Part shown: in pieces, positions 42,001 to 51,188 of the stretch | Layout: every line of letters begins with the position of its first letter | How positions within the stretch are numbered: the stretch's first letter is position 1 | Assembly (NCBI GenBank): GCA_038214295.1 | Contig: JBBQSA010000015.1 | Location: forward strand, 174-64,173 | Source of the DNA: Gammaproteobacteria bacterium | Lineage (GTDB): Bacteria > Pseudomonadota > Gammaproteobacteria > Steroidobacterales > GCA-2729495 | Reading direction: 5' to 3' | Length of the DNA: 64,000 bases | Program-made: the position numbers and the translations under genes | The notes under the pieces: generated by a model | Database searches by the model: none | Told to the model about the DNA's origin: nothing | Seen by the model: only the letters and a program-made list of their open reading frames with translations

Positions 42001-42741
42001 CTAGGCGGTGATGCGGCGCCGCAGGACACCTGCCAGGCCGAGAGCGGAACCGAACAGCCAGGCGGCGGCCGGGACCGGAACCACCTGCACGTCCATGCGC
42101 ACCTGCTCGACAGCCCAGCCAGCCCGGGTCACCTGGATGGCGAAATTGTACTCGCCGAGGGCGTTGGGGTTGAAGCTGGTGAAGGCGCCGCCCGGTGCCG
42201 TCAGGAAGGGCGGGCTGCTGACAGCCAGGTAGCTGAACATCAGGTTCTCGGAACCCTGGGCGTTGGTGGCCAGGGGGGTCGTGGCCAGCAGGACGTTAGT
42301 GACGTTCACGACACCGAGGTTCACGGGGCCGTTGTCGAACGCAGGGTTGAAGTCGTAATAGAGGTTGATGTCGTAGTCCGTCAGCTTGACGCCTGCAGGC
42401 CCGGTGACATCGATGTAGTAGTTGAAGTTCCAGAGCGCGCCGGTGGTCGGGCTCTCGCCCGCACCGCCGGTGTTACTGCCGGGCGTGGCGAAGAAGGTGC
42501 CGAGGCCGTCGTTAGTAACGACGGGATTGGAGTAGCGCTGGGTGGCGTTCATTGCCACCGTGATGATGTTGGCGCCGTCCTCGAACTGGGACGAGATCGC
42601 CACTGAACCGTTCGGAATGCCCGTGCCACCAAAGTTGGCACCGGTCAGTGGCCCGAAGGTGTCGTAAAGAGGAGTGGCGCTGGCCAGGCCAGGCGCTACG
42701 GCAGCAACAGCCAGAGCTGCCAGTTTCAGAATCTGCTTCAT
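42001..42741 (-). CDS. Secreted protein with PEP-CTERM/VPLPA-type C-terminal sorting signal (paralog 3)
   Basis: The ATG at 42741 gives MKQILKLAALAVAAVAPGLASA. Tail: VVPVPAAAWLFGSALGLAGVLRRRITA, almost identical to paralog 1 at the DNA level as well. Confidence 0.75.
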   Translation of the reverse strand: MKQILKLAALAVAAVAPGLASATPLYDTFGPLTGANFGGTGIPNGSVAISSQFEDGANIITVAMNATQRYSNPVVTNDGLGTFFATPGSNTGGAGESPTTGALWNFNYYIDVTGPAGVKLTDYDINLYYDFNPAFDNGPVNLGVVNVTNVLLATTPLATNAQGSENLMFSYLAVSSPPFLTAPGGAFTSFNPNALGEYNFAIQVTRAGWAVEQVRMDVQVVPVPAAAWLFGSALGLAGVLRRRITA

Positions 42742-42934
42742 TGTTTTTCCCACCCGTGAAGTCGTTGATTTATTAATTCTTGGAAAGAACCTTAACAGGT
42801 ACTTGCCGCGCTCACCAAACAATTTTCTACACGCCGGCTTATGTCAAAGCCAGCACGCCCGGGCTGGGACGGGCCGATGCAACCTGTTGAATAAGTTGAA
42901 TTCCCGGATCGACCTCGGCTGGCGGTCAAGCGGG

Positions 42935-44074
42935 CTAGCCCCCGGTCGGCAGCCGCCGCCGCTCGATCCCCGCAGACCGGACCACCGGCGCCGCCGTCAC
43001 GGCCCAGTTAATCGGCTCCTGCCGCCGGGCCGGCGAGGGAATCGAGTAGGCCACCCGCCCCCGGTTCTTCCGCAGCGTCTCGCAGTCCAGGCGCCAGCCG
43101 CGGCGTTCCCACTCCAGCAGCCGCTGGCGGTAGCTCACGATCACGTCGTCGGCGGGCACGATGAACTCGCCCAGCGCATCCGTCGACGGAATCTGCGGGT
43201 CCAGCTTCTCGATCACGATGCGGTCCTCCTCCACGGCGACCGCCATGCGCTTCAGGAAGTTTTCGTCGTACTTCTCCTCGAGCATGCAGTTCCGCTGCAT
43301 CACCAGGAAGATCTCCAGGTCTGCCTCGTCGCGGGGCACGGCGTAGAGGTAGATGTGCATGTGGTTGGTCGGGCTGAAGTTCACCCGGGTCCAGGTGGAT
43401 GCGGTCCCGTGGTAGCCGGAGCCCGATTCGTTGCGGCCCTCCGGCTGCAGCTTCTTCATGTCCTTGTCGGGCAGCTCCGGGGAATAGAAAACCACCATGG
43501 CACCTGCGCCCCAGTCGGACTCCTGCACGTTGAGCTTCGGCACCTCGTAGTTGGTGCTCTTGCCCGCCATGCCGAAGCCCGCGTGCACGTACTCGATGTG
43601 CGACGGGTCGGACTGGTTCTCCACGAGCCGCACGTAGTTCGTCTGCCAGCGGTAGCGCATGAACAGGCTGCGCCAGCCCGGCTGGCCGTATTCGTTGTTC
43701 GGCAGGATCGTGGGCCGCTCGCTCTCCGGCAGGTCGCCGAGAAACACGAACACGAGGCCGTAACGCTCCTCGACGGGGTACGCGTCGATCCGGGCCCGGG
43801 GCGGGACCTTTGCGAGGGACCCCAGCGACGGAATGCGCTCGCACTCTCCGGTGCCGTTGAACTTCCAGCCGTGGTAGGGGCACTGGATGCAGTCGCCCAC
43901 CACCTTGCCGTCGCCGAGGGACCCGCCCCGGTGGGTGCAGGTGTTGTGGGCACAGCGGGCCCGGCCCTCACTGTCGCGCCAGAGCACGAACCAGAGGCCC
44001 AGCATCTGGACCTTGAGCGGCTTGTCAGTGAGGTTGCTGCTCTCTTCCGCCGGATACCAGAAGTTCATGAACAT
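42935..44074 (-). CDS. Rieske [2Fe-2S] non-heme-iron oxygenase, alpha-subunit type (paralog 2)
   Basis: 379 aa starting MFMNFWYP.... Rieske motif: CTHRGGSL...CPYHGWKF. It is the last gene of a five-gene co-directional cluster. Confidence 0.85.
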   Translation of the reverse strand: MFMNFWYPAEESSNLTDKPLKVQMLGLWFVLWRDSEGRARCAHNTCTHRGGSLGDGKVVGDCIQCPYHGWKFNGTGECERIPSLGSLAKVPPRARIDAYPVEERYGLVFVFLGDLPESERPTILPNNEYGQPGWRSLFMRYRWQTNYVRLVENQSDPSHIEYVHAGFGMAGKSTNYEVPKLNVQESDWGAGAMVVFYSPELPDKDMKKLQPEGRNESGSGYHGTASTWTRVNFSPTNHMHIYLYAVPRDEADLEIFLVMQRNCMLEEKYDENFLKRMAVAVEEDRIVIEKLDPQIPSTDALGEFIVPADDVIVSYRQRLLEWERRGWRLDCETLRKNRGRVAYSIPSPARRQEPINWAVTAAPVVRSAGIERRRLPTGG

Positions 44075-44097
44075 GGGCGCGTCCTCCTCGGGTGATC

Positions 44098-45486
44098 TTA
44101 CTCCGCCACTTTCCGGATGAGGCGGTACCAGAACTCCAGGCTCTGGTTGAAGGCAGCCACGCGGATCCGTTCGTTGGGCGCGTGGGAACGGTCGTCATCG
44201 GGATCCTCGGCCACCGCGCCGATGCCGTAGGTGGGAATACCGGCATTCCGGGTGAACAGGCCGTCGGTGGCGCCGGGACTCATCTCGGGGAGTAGCGGGA
44301 CGCCGGGCCAGAATTCGGCGGCGAGGGCCGCGACCGGGCCGAGCACGGCGGGATCCAGTGGTGACGCTGGACCAATCAATGCGGGCGCGAGCGGCGCGAC
44401 GCTAACCCCGTCGTCCCGGACCAGCTTGCGCAATACCGCTTCGACCTCGGCGGGTGATGACTCGGGGAGAATGCGGCAGTTCACGACAGCCCGGGCGCGC
44501 TCTGGCAGGGCGTTCTCGGCGCTGCCGCCCTGCAGCTCCGTCGCGACGCAGGTCGTGCGCAGCATGGCATTGAGGTACGGGGAAGCCTCGACCGTCGTCA
44601 CCGCCGGGTCATCGAGGCGGCCAGCACCGAGGGCCAGGGCGCCGGGCCGCAGTTCAGCCGGGGCCAGCGGCGCCCAGCGCTCGAAGTGCGTCCGCGTGGT
44701 CTCGTTGAGGGCCCGCGGAAAGCGCCAGGTTTCAACGCGCTGGAGGGCGCGCGCCAGCTTGTAAATCGCGTTGTCCGCCACGGGACGGGAACTGTGCCCT
44801 CCGGCAGCGGACGCCTCGAGAGCGAAGCTGGCGTAGACCTTCTCCGCCGTCTGCACGACGAAGGACTCGGGAATGCCCTCCGGCGTCAGGTCCACGTAGC
44901 CCGCGTCCGTGTTCAGAGCGACGGCAGCATCAAGCAGGGGCCGGTGCTCGGCCAGCAGCCAGGCCAGGTTGGCGCCCGTGGTTTCCTCGTCCGCGGTCAA
45001 CAGCAGGATCACGTCCCGCTGCGGGCGGAACCCTTCCGCCTTCAGGCGGATGAAGTTGGCCACCAGCCGGGCCGCAGCGTCCTTCAGGTCCCGGGTGCCG
45101 CGTCCATAGTAGTAACCGTCCTTTTCGATGAGCTGCAGCGGGTTGGTGTCCCAGCCGACGGGCGACGCGGACACGGTGTCCAGGTGTGCCATGAGCAAGA
45201 CAGGCTGCCCGGCCGGCCGGTCGCTGCGGTAACGGGCGATCAGGTTGCCGTCGCCGGCGCCCAGCCCGAGCACCTGGATATCACTGTCCGGAAACCGGGC
45301 CCGCTTCAGCATCGCGGCGAGGCGTTCGGCCAGCTCCCGGGTACGGCCGGTCGTGCCCGCCGCCGATGAATCGACAGCGACGAGCTCCACGAGGATGTCG
45401 CGGGCGAGTTCCTCGGTGGCAGTCAGCGCGGATGCACTGGCCCACACGAGCAACAGGCACAGGGCACTAGCGAGCCGGCATGCCAT
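44098..45486 (-). CDS. Exported M20/M25/M40-family metallo-hydrolase (carboxypeptidase/deacylase type)
   Basis: The ATG at 45486 gives the signal peptide MACRLASALCLLLVWASASA. Motifs: LLMAHLDTV, GRGTRDLKDAAA, LLTADEETTG, and HAPNERI near the C-terminus. Confidence 0.8.
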   Translation of the reverse strand: MACRLASALCLLLVWASASALTATEELARDILVELVAVDSSAAGTTGRTRELAERLAAMLKRARFPDSDIQVLGLGAGDGNLIARYRSDRPAGQPVLLMAHLDTVSASPVGWDTNPLQLIEKDGYYYGRGTRDLKDAAARLVANFIRLKAEGFRPQRDVILLLTADEETTGANLAWLLAEHRPLLDAAVALNTDAGYVDLTPEGIPESFVVQTAEKVYASFALEASAAGGHSSRPVADNAIYKLARALQRVETWRFPRALNETTRTHFERWAPLAPAELRPGALALGAGRLDDPAVTTVEASPYLNAMLRTTCVATELQGGSAENALPERARAVVNCRILPESSPAEVEAVLRKLVRDDGVSVAPLAPALIGPASPLDPAVLGPVAALAAEFWPGVPLLPEMSPGATDGLFTRNAGIPTYGIGAVAEDPDDDRSHAPNERIRVAAFNQSLEFWYRLIRKVAE

Positions 45487-46762
45487 TGCGCAGTCCCAGG
45501 TAGAGCGGCAGCCCGAGCGCACAGACCACGGCCAGGTAGGCCTGCTGCTGCAGATCCGACGCGAGGACTGCCCAGGCGCAGAAGCTGGCCGCCAGCACCG
45601 CGACTACCCGTGGCGCGACGTTCGTCGTCGCGCGCCACAGGGCCGCACAGCAGTAGGCGTAAATCACGAGGTAGAGCAGTGTGGCCAGGTTGATGAGGAT
45701 CGTGAACTGGCCGGCCAGTGTCGGGGCCAGCGAACTCAGGATCACGATCAGCGACATCAGCCCGGCCACGATCAGCAGGTTCCGGCGCGGCGGACCGTCG
45801 GCACTCTCGCGGAAGAAGCGGGGGAACACCCCCGACTCCGCGCCGCTGCGGGCCACCTCCGCCGTCACAAGCAACCAGCCGGACAGGGTGCCGGTCGCCT
45901 TCAGGACGGCACACCCGGCCACGAGGGCCGCCGCCCCAGCCCCGATGAAGCGGGCCGCGGCGTCCGCGAAGGGCGCGCTCGACGCGGCCAGGGTTGCAGC
46001 GGGCAACAGTCCGCTGATCGCCACCGAGGCCGCGAGGTAGACGAAGGCCGCGAGGGCAACCCCGCCCAGCGTGGCGAGCGGCACGTCCCGCACGGGATCA
46101 CGCACCACTGCCGCCGCGACCGACGCGCTCTCCAGCCCCACGAAGGCCCAGAAGATCAGGCCGAAGGTGGCCGGCACGACGGCGGCATCCGGCCGCCCGC
46201 TGACGTTCCAGGAGTCCTTGAACAGGACGGGGTCGAAGGCGAACCAGCCGAGCACCGCCACGCCGAGCACCGGTAGCAGGCCGATCAGCAGGGTGCCACC
46301 CTCGAAGTCAGTGACGCGCCGGGCGCCGAGGAAATTGACGATCACCATCACCCAGATCACGGCCAGCGTGCAGGCGCCCGCCGCCAGGGTGCCCTTCAGC
46401 ATGGGAAAGAAGACGGAGAGGTAGCCCGTGGCGGCCACGGCGATGGCCACGTTGCCCACCCAGCCGCCCACCCAGTAAAGCAGGCTCGCGTGGAAACCGA
46501 AGAAGCGGCCGAGCCCGTCCCGCACCTGGCGCACCATGCCGACACTGTCCGGGCGAAGACTGATCAGCATCACGAAGACGCCTGCCAGCAGGAAGGCCCC
46601 GAGGCCGGACACGACCCAGCCAATGACGCTGACCGAGCCGAAGGCGCCCAGCGTGGCCGGCAACAGGTAGACGCCCGAGCCGATCATGTTGCCGGCCACG
46701 AGGAAGGTGGCCCGCAGCGGGCCGATGCTCCCGGCCCTGTTCAGCGGCTCGACATTCCGCAA
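45467..46762 (-). CDS. APC-superfamily amino acid/polyamine permease
   Basis: 431 aa with a TTG start and 12 hydrophobic helices. N-terminal signature: LRATFLVAGNMIGSGVYLLPATLG. Confidence 0.8.
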   Translation of the reverse strand: MRNVEPLNRAGSIGPLRATFLVAGNMIGSGVYLLPATLGAFGSVSVIGWVVSGLGAFLLAGVFVMLISLRPDSVGMVRQVRDGLGRFFGFHASLLYWVGGWVGNVAIAVAATGYLSVFFPMLKGTLAAGACTLAVIWVMVIVNFLGARRVTDFEGGTLLIGLLPVLGVAVLGWFAFDPVLFKDSWNVSGRPDAAVVPATFGLIFWAFVGLESASVAAAVVRDPVRDVPLATLGGVALAAFVYLAASVAISGLLPAATLAASSAPFADAAARFIGAGAAALVAGCAVLKATGTLSGWLLVTAEVARSGAESGVFPRFFRESADGPPRRNLLIVAGLMSLIVILSSLAPTLAGQFTILINLATLLYLVIYAYCCAALWRATTNVAPRVVAVLAASFCAWAVLASDLQQQAYLAVVCALGLPLYLGLRNGMPAR

Positions 46763-46783
46763 GGCCCCGGCGCGCTTCCGTGC

Positions 46784-49282
46784 CTAGAACTTCTGGCTGA
46801 ACTTGAGAGCGAGCGTCCGGGGCGGCGCTACCACCGAGTAGGTCTGGGCCCCGCAGACCGCTTCCGGGCACTCTGCGTAGCGGCTGAACTCCGCGTACTC
46901 GTTGAACGCGTTGAGGATGGACAGCTCCAGCTGCCAGTCGTCCGTGCCGGCTCCGAACGACAGGTTGGTGAGCGTGTAGCTGGGCAGCTGCCCCACGACC
47001 CCGTTCTCGAAGGTGCGCAGGTCTGACTGCCGCTCGCCCACGTAGACCACCGCGCCCTGCACGTGGGCCTCCAGCGGGCCCAGCGGGAACTGGTAGCGGG
47101 CCGTCAGGTTGCCCTTGAAGTCCGGCGTCACCGGCAGCTTGGCACCCTTGGGCGCCGCCGGCGCCTCGCTGCCGCCCCCGTCCAGCGGGCAGGGATTGGC
47201 GGACACCGCGGCACCGTTGAAGAGGTTGGCGCAATAGGGACCGCTCAGCTCGGCGTTGATCAGCGCCACGCCGGCCGAAATGCCAAGCCCGTCGGTGGCG
47301 GCCCAGTTCACGTCCATCTCGAGGCCGTCGATAGCGGCGTCGCCCGGGGTGTTGGTGACTTCCGTCAGGCCGTTCGGCCCGAGGATCGAGTACTGGAAGT
47401 CCTGCCAGACCTGGTGGAAGACCGCGCCGTTGAAGCGCACCCGGTCGTCGAACCAGGTGGTCTTCCAGCCCAGCTCGTAGTTGGTGAGGAAGTCCGGCTT
47501 GTAGGGGGGAATCGTGCCGCGGCGGTTGATGCCTCCCGGCCGGAAGCCCTCCGAGTAGGTGGCGTAAACCAGCGCATCAGGGGTGAGCTTGTAGGCGAGG
47601 TTGAGCTTGTAGATGGCATCCGTGTCGCTGGTGTCGGCGTCCAGGTTCTTGCAGGGCGCGCCCTGGAAGTCCGGCAGGTCAGCGCCCGGCGCGCCGGTAT
47701 CCCGGCCATCGCCGTACCGGTCGTCGCACAGGGCTTCACCGCTGTTGCCACTGTTGCTGTAGCCCTGGCCGAAGCCGAAGAAACCTACCAGCGAGTTCTC
47801 CGCCTTGAAGAAGCGGGCGCCAACGGTGCCTGTTAGCTTTGCCGTGATGTCGTAGTAGAGCTCGCCAAAGAGGGCGTAGTCCTTGTCGACCCGGTCCTGC
47901 TTCGTGAGCCAGAGGGTGTCGGGGCGGCCCGCGACCTCCAGCACTGCTGCCAGGTCGTTGATCTTGTAATTCTGCTCGATACCGTGCGTCTGGCGCTGCC
48001 AGAAGGCGCCGACGATGGCCCGGAGCCGCTTGTCCTGGGGCGAGGAGAAGCGCAGCTCCTGGCTGTACTTCCTGTAGTGGTCCGACGAGAGCACGTACTG
48101 GGAGAAGTCGATGGCTTCGTTGGCGTCGTTGTAGAAGTAGCTGCTGAAGTTGGCGCCATCGGCCAGGTAAGCGACGTCGTACCAGTAGGAGTAGTCCGCG
48201 TAGTCGAAGTCGAAGTTCACGTCCCGGTCCAGGTAGGAGCCGGTGTAGACCATGTCGAAACTGCCGACCCGGCCCTCGACCGTGAGCGCCGCCTGCAGCC
48301 ACTTGTCATCCGAGCCCTCCGGGAAGCCGTGGCCCACCTTGTACTTGCCGAGCGTGTTGTCGGCGCCGAAGGAGCCGTCGGCCGTCTGCTTCTGGGCCAT
48401 GAGCGTCGGGGTCACGGTCCAGCTGTCATTGAGATCGATGCGGAGCGCGGCGCGGGCGCCGTAGGTGTCGACGCCGTTGTAGTTGTCCTCGACGCGGGCG
48501 GCGTTGTCGGTGGTGATGCCGTCCGGCGGCACCGTGATGAGCGTGCTCGGGAAGGTGCGCTGGAAACGGACGTTGTCGATGTAACCCCCGTCCCGCTTCG
48601 CCCAGCCGACGAGACGGATCGCCGCGCTGTCCGTCAGGGGCACATTCACGAAGCCCTCCGCCAGGTAACCCGCGTCGCCGCCGTCGATGACATTGCCCTC
48701 GACACCGTAGCCGGCGGCGAAGCCCGAGGGATCCGGCTTGTTGGTGATGATCTTGACCGTGCCGGCCTCGGAACTGGCTCCGTACAGCGTGCCCTGTGGA
48801 CCCGCCAGCGCCTCGACGCGGGCGATGTCGTAGAGGTGCACGTCCAGCGCGCCCTGGATCGTGGTGATGGGCTGCTCGTCCAGGTAGGTGCCGATTAGCG
48901 GCTGGGAGCCCGAGTGGTTTGCGTCCGCGTCGCCGGCGCTCGCCACGCCGCGCATGTAGATCTGGGCAAAGCCCGGGCGGACGTTGATGAAGGAGACGCT
49001 GGGCAGCAGGTTGGCGTAGTCGTCGAAGCTCTCGACCTTGAGCTGGTCCAGCTTCTCGGTGCCGAAGGCCTGCACGCTGATCGGCACGTTCTGCAGGCTT
49101 TCCGCCCGCTTCTGCGCCGTGACGATCACCTCGTCGAGTTTGCCGCCGGTCTGCTGGGCCACTGCGTGGCCGGGCGCGTAGCCGGCCAGCAACAAGGGCG
49201 CGAGCGTCATGAGCCGGACGGCGCGCGGTGGAACGGGGGCTGCAACAGCCCGGTGCAACTTCCGCCGGCGACTCCGCGTCAT
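46784..49282 (-). CDS. TonB-dependent outer-membrane receptor
   Basis: ATG at 49282 behind GGGGGGAGGG. Leader ...LMTLAPLLLAGYAPGHAVAQQ. TonB box/plug: LDEVIVTAQKRAESLQNVPISV. C-terminal ...LALKFSQKF with a terminal Phe. Confidence 0.9.
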   Translation of the reverse strand: MTRSRRRKLHRAVAAPVPPRAVRLMTLAPLLLAGYAPGHAVAQQTGGKLDEVIVTAQKRAESLQNVPISVQAFGTEKLDQLKVESFDDYANLLPSVSFINVRPGFAQIYMRGVASAGDADANHSGSQPLIGTYLDEQPITTIQGALDVHLYDIARVEALAGPQGTLYGASSEAGTVKIITNKPDPSGFAAGYGVEGNVIDGGDAGYLAEGFVNVPLTDSAAIRLVGWAKRDGGYIDNVRFQRTFPSTLITVPPDGITTDNAARVEDNYNGVDTYGARAALRIDLNDSWTVTPTLMAQKQTADGSFGADNTLGKYKVGHGFPEGSDDKWLQAALTVEGRVGSFDMVYTGSYLDRDVNFDFDYADYSYWYDVAYLADGANFSSYFYNDANEAIDFSQYVLSSDHYRKYSQELRFSSPQDKRLRAIVGAFWQRQTHGIEQNYKINDLAAVLEVAGRPDTLWLTKQDRVDKDYALFGELYYDITAKLTGTVGARFFKAENSLVGFFGFGQGYSNSGNSGEALCDDRYGDGRDTGAPGADLPDFQGAPCKNLDADTSDTDAIYKLNLAYKLTPDALVYATYSEGFRPGGINRRGTIPPYKPDFLTNYELGWKTTWFDDRVRFNGAVFHQVWQDFQYSILGPNGLTEVTNTPGDAAIDGLEMDVNWAATDGLGISAGVALINAELSGPYCANLFNGAAVSANPCPLDGGGSEAPAAPKGAKLPVTPDFKGNLTARYQFPLGPLEAHVQGAVVYVGERQSDLRTFENGVVGQLPSYTLTNLSFGAGTDDWQLELSILNAFNEYAEFSRYAECPEAVCGAQTYSVVAPPRTLALKFSQKF

Positions 49283-49316
49283 TGGCAAGCCCTCCCCCCG
49301 AAGTTGGTCGATTCTG

Positions 49317-51152
49317 TCAGAAGTCAGGCGCCGCCGGATAGGCCTCGAGCACCGGCCCCAGGGCCGCCCGCAGGGGCCCGAGCCAGGCGGCATAGCCGCG
49401 CCAGGGTTCCAGGGCAGTCTTATATATGGGCTGGCGGACCTGTTCGGAGCTGGCCGTGCGCACCGCCCGCTCGTTGCGGTGGAACTGGAGACAGGCCTCG
49501 TCGAAGGGCAGGCCGCAGAAGCCGAGCAGCCGGCGGACTTCGGCCTCCGTGTCCGCCACCAGTTGCTCGTAGATCACCCGGTGCACGCGGCCGGGCAGCA
49601 CCGCGTCGAAGTGGGCCATCAGCTCCACGTAGTTCCGGTAGTAGGCGCCGATCTCCGGGAGGCTGTAGGTGAAGTTCTGGCCCCGGGCGAAATGCTGCTT
49701 GAAGCCCGAGAAGCAGCAGCTCAGGGGGTGGCGGCGGGCATCGATGATCTTCGCGTTCGGCAGGACCAGGTGGATGAGGCCCACGTGGGCCCAGTTGTTC
49801 GGCAGCTTGTCGATAAAGAAGGGCGCGCCGGTCTTCCGCTGGATCCGGGTCTGCTCCAGGTACTGCTCGCCGAGGGCCCGGAGCTGGTCCGGCGTGAGAT
49901 CAGCAAGGATTTCCGGGTACTTCGAGACGTCATCCCGCCGGGCCTTGCCGCCCAGCTGACGCACGATGGACACCAGGTCGGGCAGCTCCATCGTGCCCTC
50001 CACCGCCGGGTGGCTGGCGAGGATCTGCTCGACCAGCGTGGAACCGGCCCGGGGCAGCCCCACGATGAAGACCGGGTCGGGCGCCGCGGTCCCGGTGCCG
50101 GAGCGGGCGGCGAAAAACGTTGGCGTGAACAGCTGCTTGCAGCGCCGGACGTAGCTGGCGGTCTCCTCCGGGTCGTAGCGCACGGCCGCGCGGCGCAGGC
50201 GGTTGCCCTCGGCGTAGTGCCGGAAGGACCCGGCATGGTCCGCCGCGTCCTCCAGCGCCTTGCCGAGCGCGAATTCGAAATGCAGGCGGTCGTCGTCGCC
50301 GAGATCCGGGCGCGCGAGCTGGCCCCGCAGGGCTGCCACGTCCTCCGGGCTGAAGCGGAAGGTCTTCAGGTTGGCGAGGCTCCACCAGGCCTCGCCGAGC
50401 CCGGGCAGCAGCCCGATGCTCCGGCGGTAGGCGGCGATACTGTCCGGCTGCCGCCCGGCGGTCTTCAGGGCATGGCCGTAGCTCATCCAGATCTTCGGCT
50501 GCTGCGGGTACTCGGCCACGAGCCCCGCGTAGAGCTCGAGCGCCGCGGCGTACTCGCCGATGCTGCCGAGCACGGCGGCCTTCAGGTTGCGCAGGCTGGG
50601 GTTGCGGGGCTCCGCCTGCAACAGCATTGCCAGCTGGGCCAGCGCCGGGGCCGGCTTGTTCTGCCGGTGCAGGACCAGCGCGTAGTTCTGCCGGGCCGCC
50701 GCAAAGCCGGGGGCCAACTCCAGGCAGCGAGCCAGCAGGTTCTCGGCATCGGCATAGCGCTGCAGGCGTCCCGCCACTTCGGCCAGCATGCGGATCGCGG
50801 GCACGTCCGTCGGGAACTCGCGCAGATGCTCCCGGAGCTGCTGTTCCGCCACCGCGATCCGGCCATCGGAGAGCGCGGCGGCTGGCGCAAGGAGCCGGGG
50901 ATCCCGGGTCGAGGCCTGGATATGGCGGGCGTAGGCGGCATCCGCTGCCGCCGTTTCGCCGAGCACGGTGTACTGGTCACCGAGTGCACGCCAGGCGTCC
51001 GCGAGCAGCGCCAGGGCGTCCGGCTGCCCCGGCAAGGCCTTCAGGATCTCGGCCGCCTGGCTGATGGCGAGCTTCGGGTCGGTAGCCAGGAGGTCACGCC
51101 CGTGGGCCAGGGCCACGCCGAGGGTGCCGATGGGCTCGCTGGCCGGGTTCAT
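49317..51152 (-). CDS. TPR-repeat protein fused to a C-terminal sulfotransferase domain
   Basis: 611 aa with TPR repeats in the N-terminal ~330 aa. PAPS-binding loop: FIVGLPRAGSTLVEQILASHP. Later block: IIDARRHPLSCCFS. It is the first gene of the cluster. Confidence 0.8.
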   Translation of the reverse strand: MNPASEPIGTLGVALAHGRDLLATDPKLAISQAAEILKALPGQPDALALLADAWRALGDQYTVLGETAAADAAYARHIQASTRDPRLLAPAAALSDGRIAVAEQQLREHLREFPTDVPAIRMLAEVAGRLQRYADAENLLARCLELAPGFAAARQNYALVLHRQNKPAPALAQLAMLLQAEPRNPSLRNLKAAVLGSIGEYAAALELYAGLVAEYPQQPKIWMSYGHALKTAGRQPDSIAAYRRSIGLLPGLGEAWWSLANLKTFRFSPEDVAALRGQLARPDLGDDDRLHFEFALGKALEDAADHAGSFRHYAEGNRLRRAAVRYDPEETASYVRRCKQLFTPTFFAARSGTGTAAPDPVFIVGLPRAGSTLVEQILASHPAVEGTMELPDLVSIVRQLGGKARRDDVSKYPEILADLTPDQLRALGEQYLEQTRIQRKTGAPFFIDKLPNNWAHVGLIHLVLPNAKIIDARRHPLSCCFSGFKQHFARGQNFTYSLPEIGAYYRNYVELMAHFDAVLPGRVHRVIYEQLVADTEAEVRRLLGFCGLPFDEACLQFHRNERAVRTASSEQVRQPIYKTALEPWRGYAAWLGPLRAALGPVLEAYPAAPDF

Positions 51153-51188
51153 GCTGATCTGCGCCGCTTTGACACCGCGTCCGGCCCA

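Noticed and set aside
41729-42934. Sigma-54 promoters upstream of the PEP-CTERM-like genes
   Set aside because: The candidate GG-N-GC elements (e.g. GGTCCatattcTTGCT, TGGCTTTGACATAAGC) have GG-to-GC spacing off by one or more from the TGGCAC-N5-TTGC consensus.
49209-51188. N-terminal two thirds of the 1060-aa plus-strand ORF 49209-52391
   Set aside because: It is antisense to the well-supported TPR-sulfotransferase gene and has Arg/Gly/Pro/Ala-rich composition typical of GC-driven shadow frames. Only the last ~400 codons (the Rieske oxygenase) look real.
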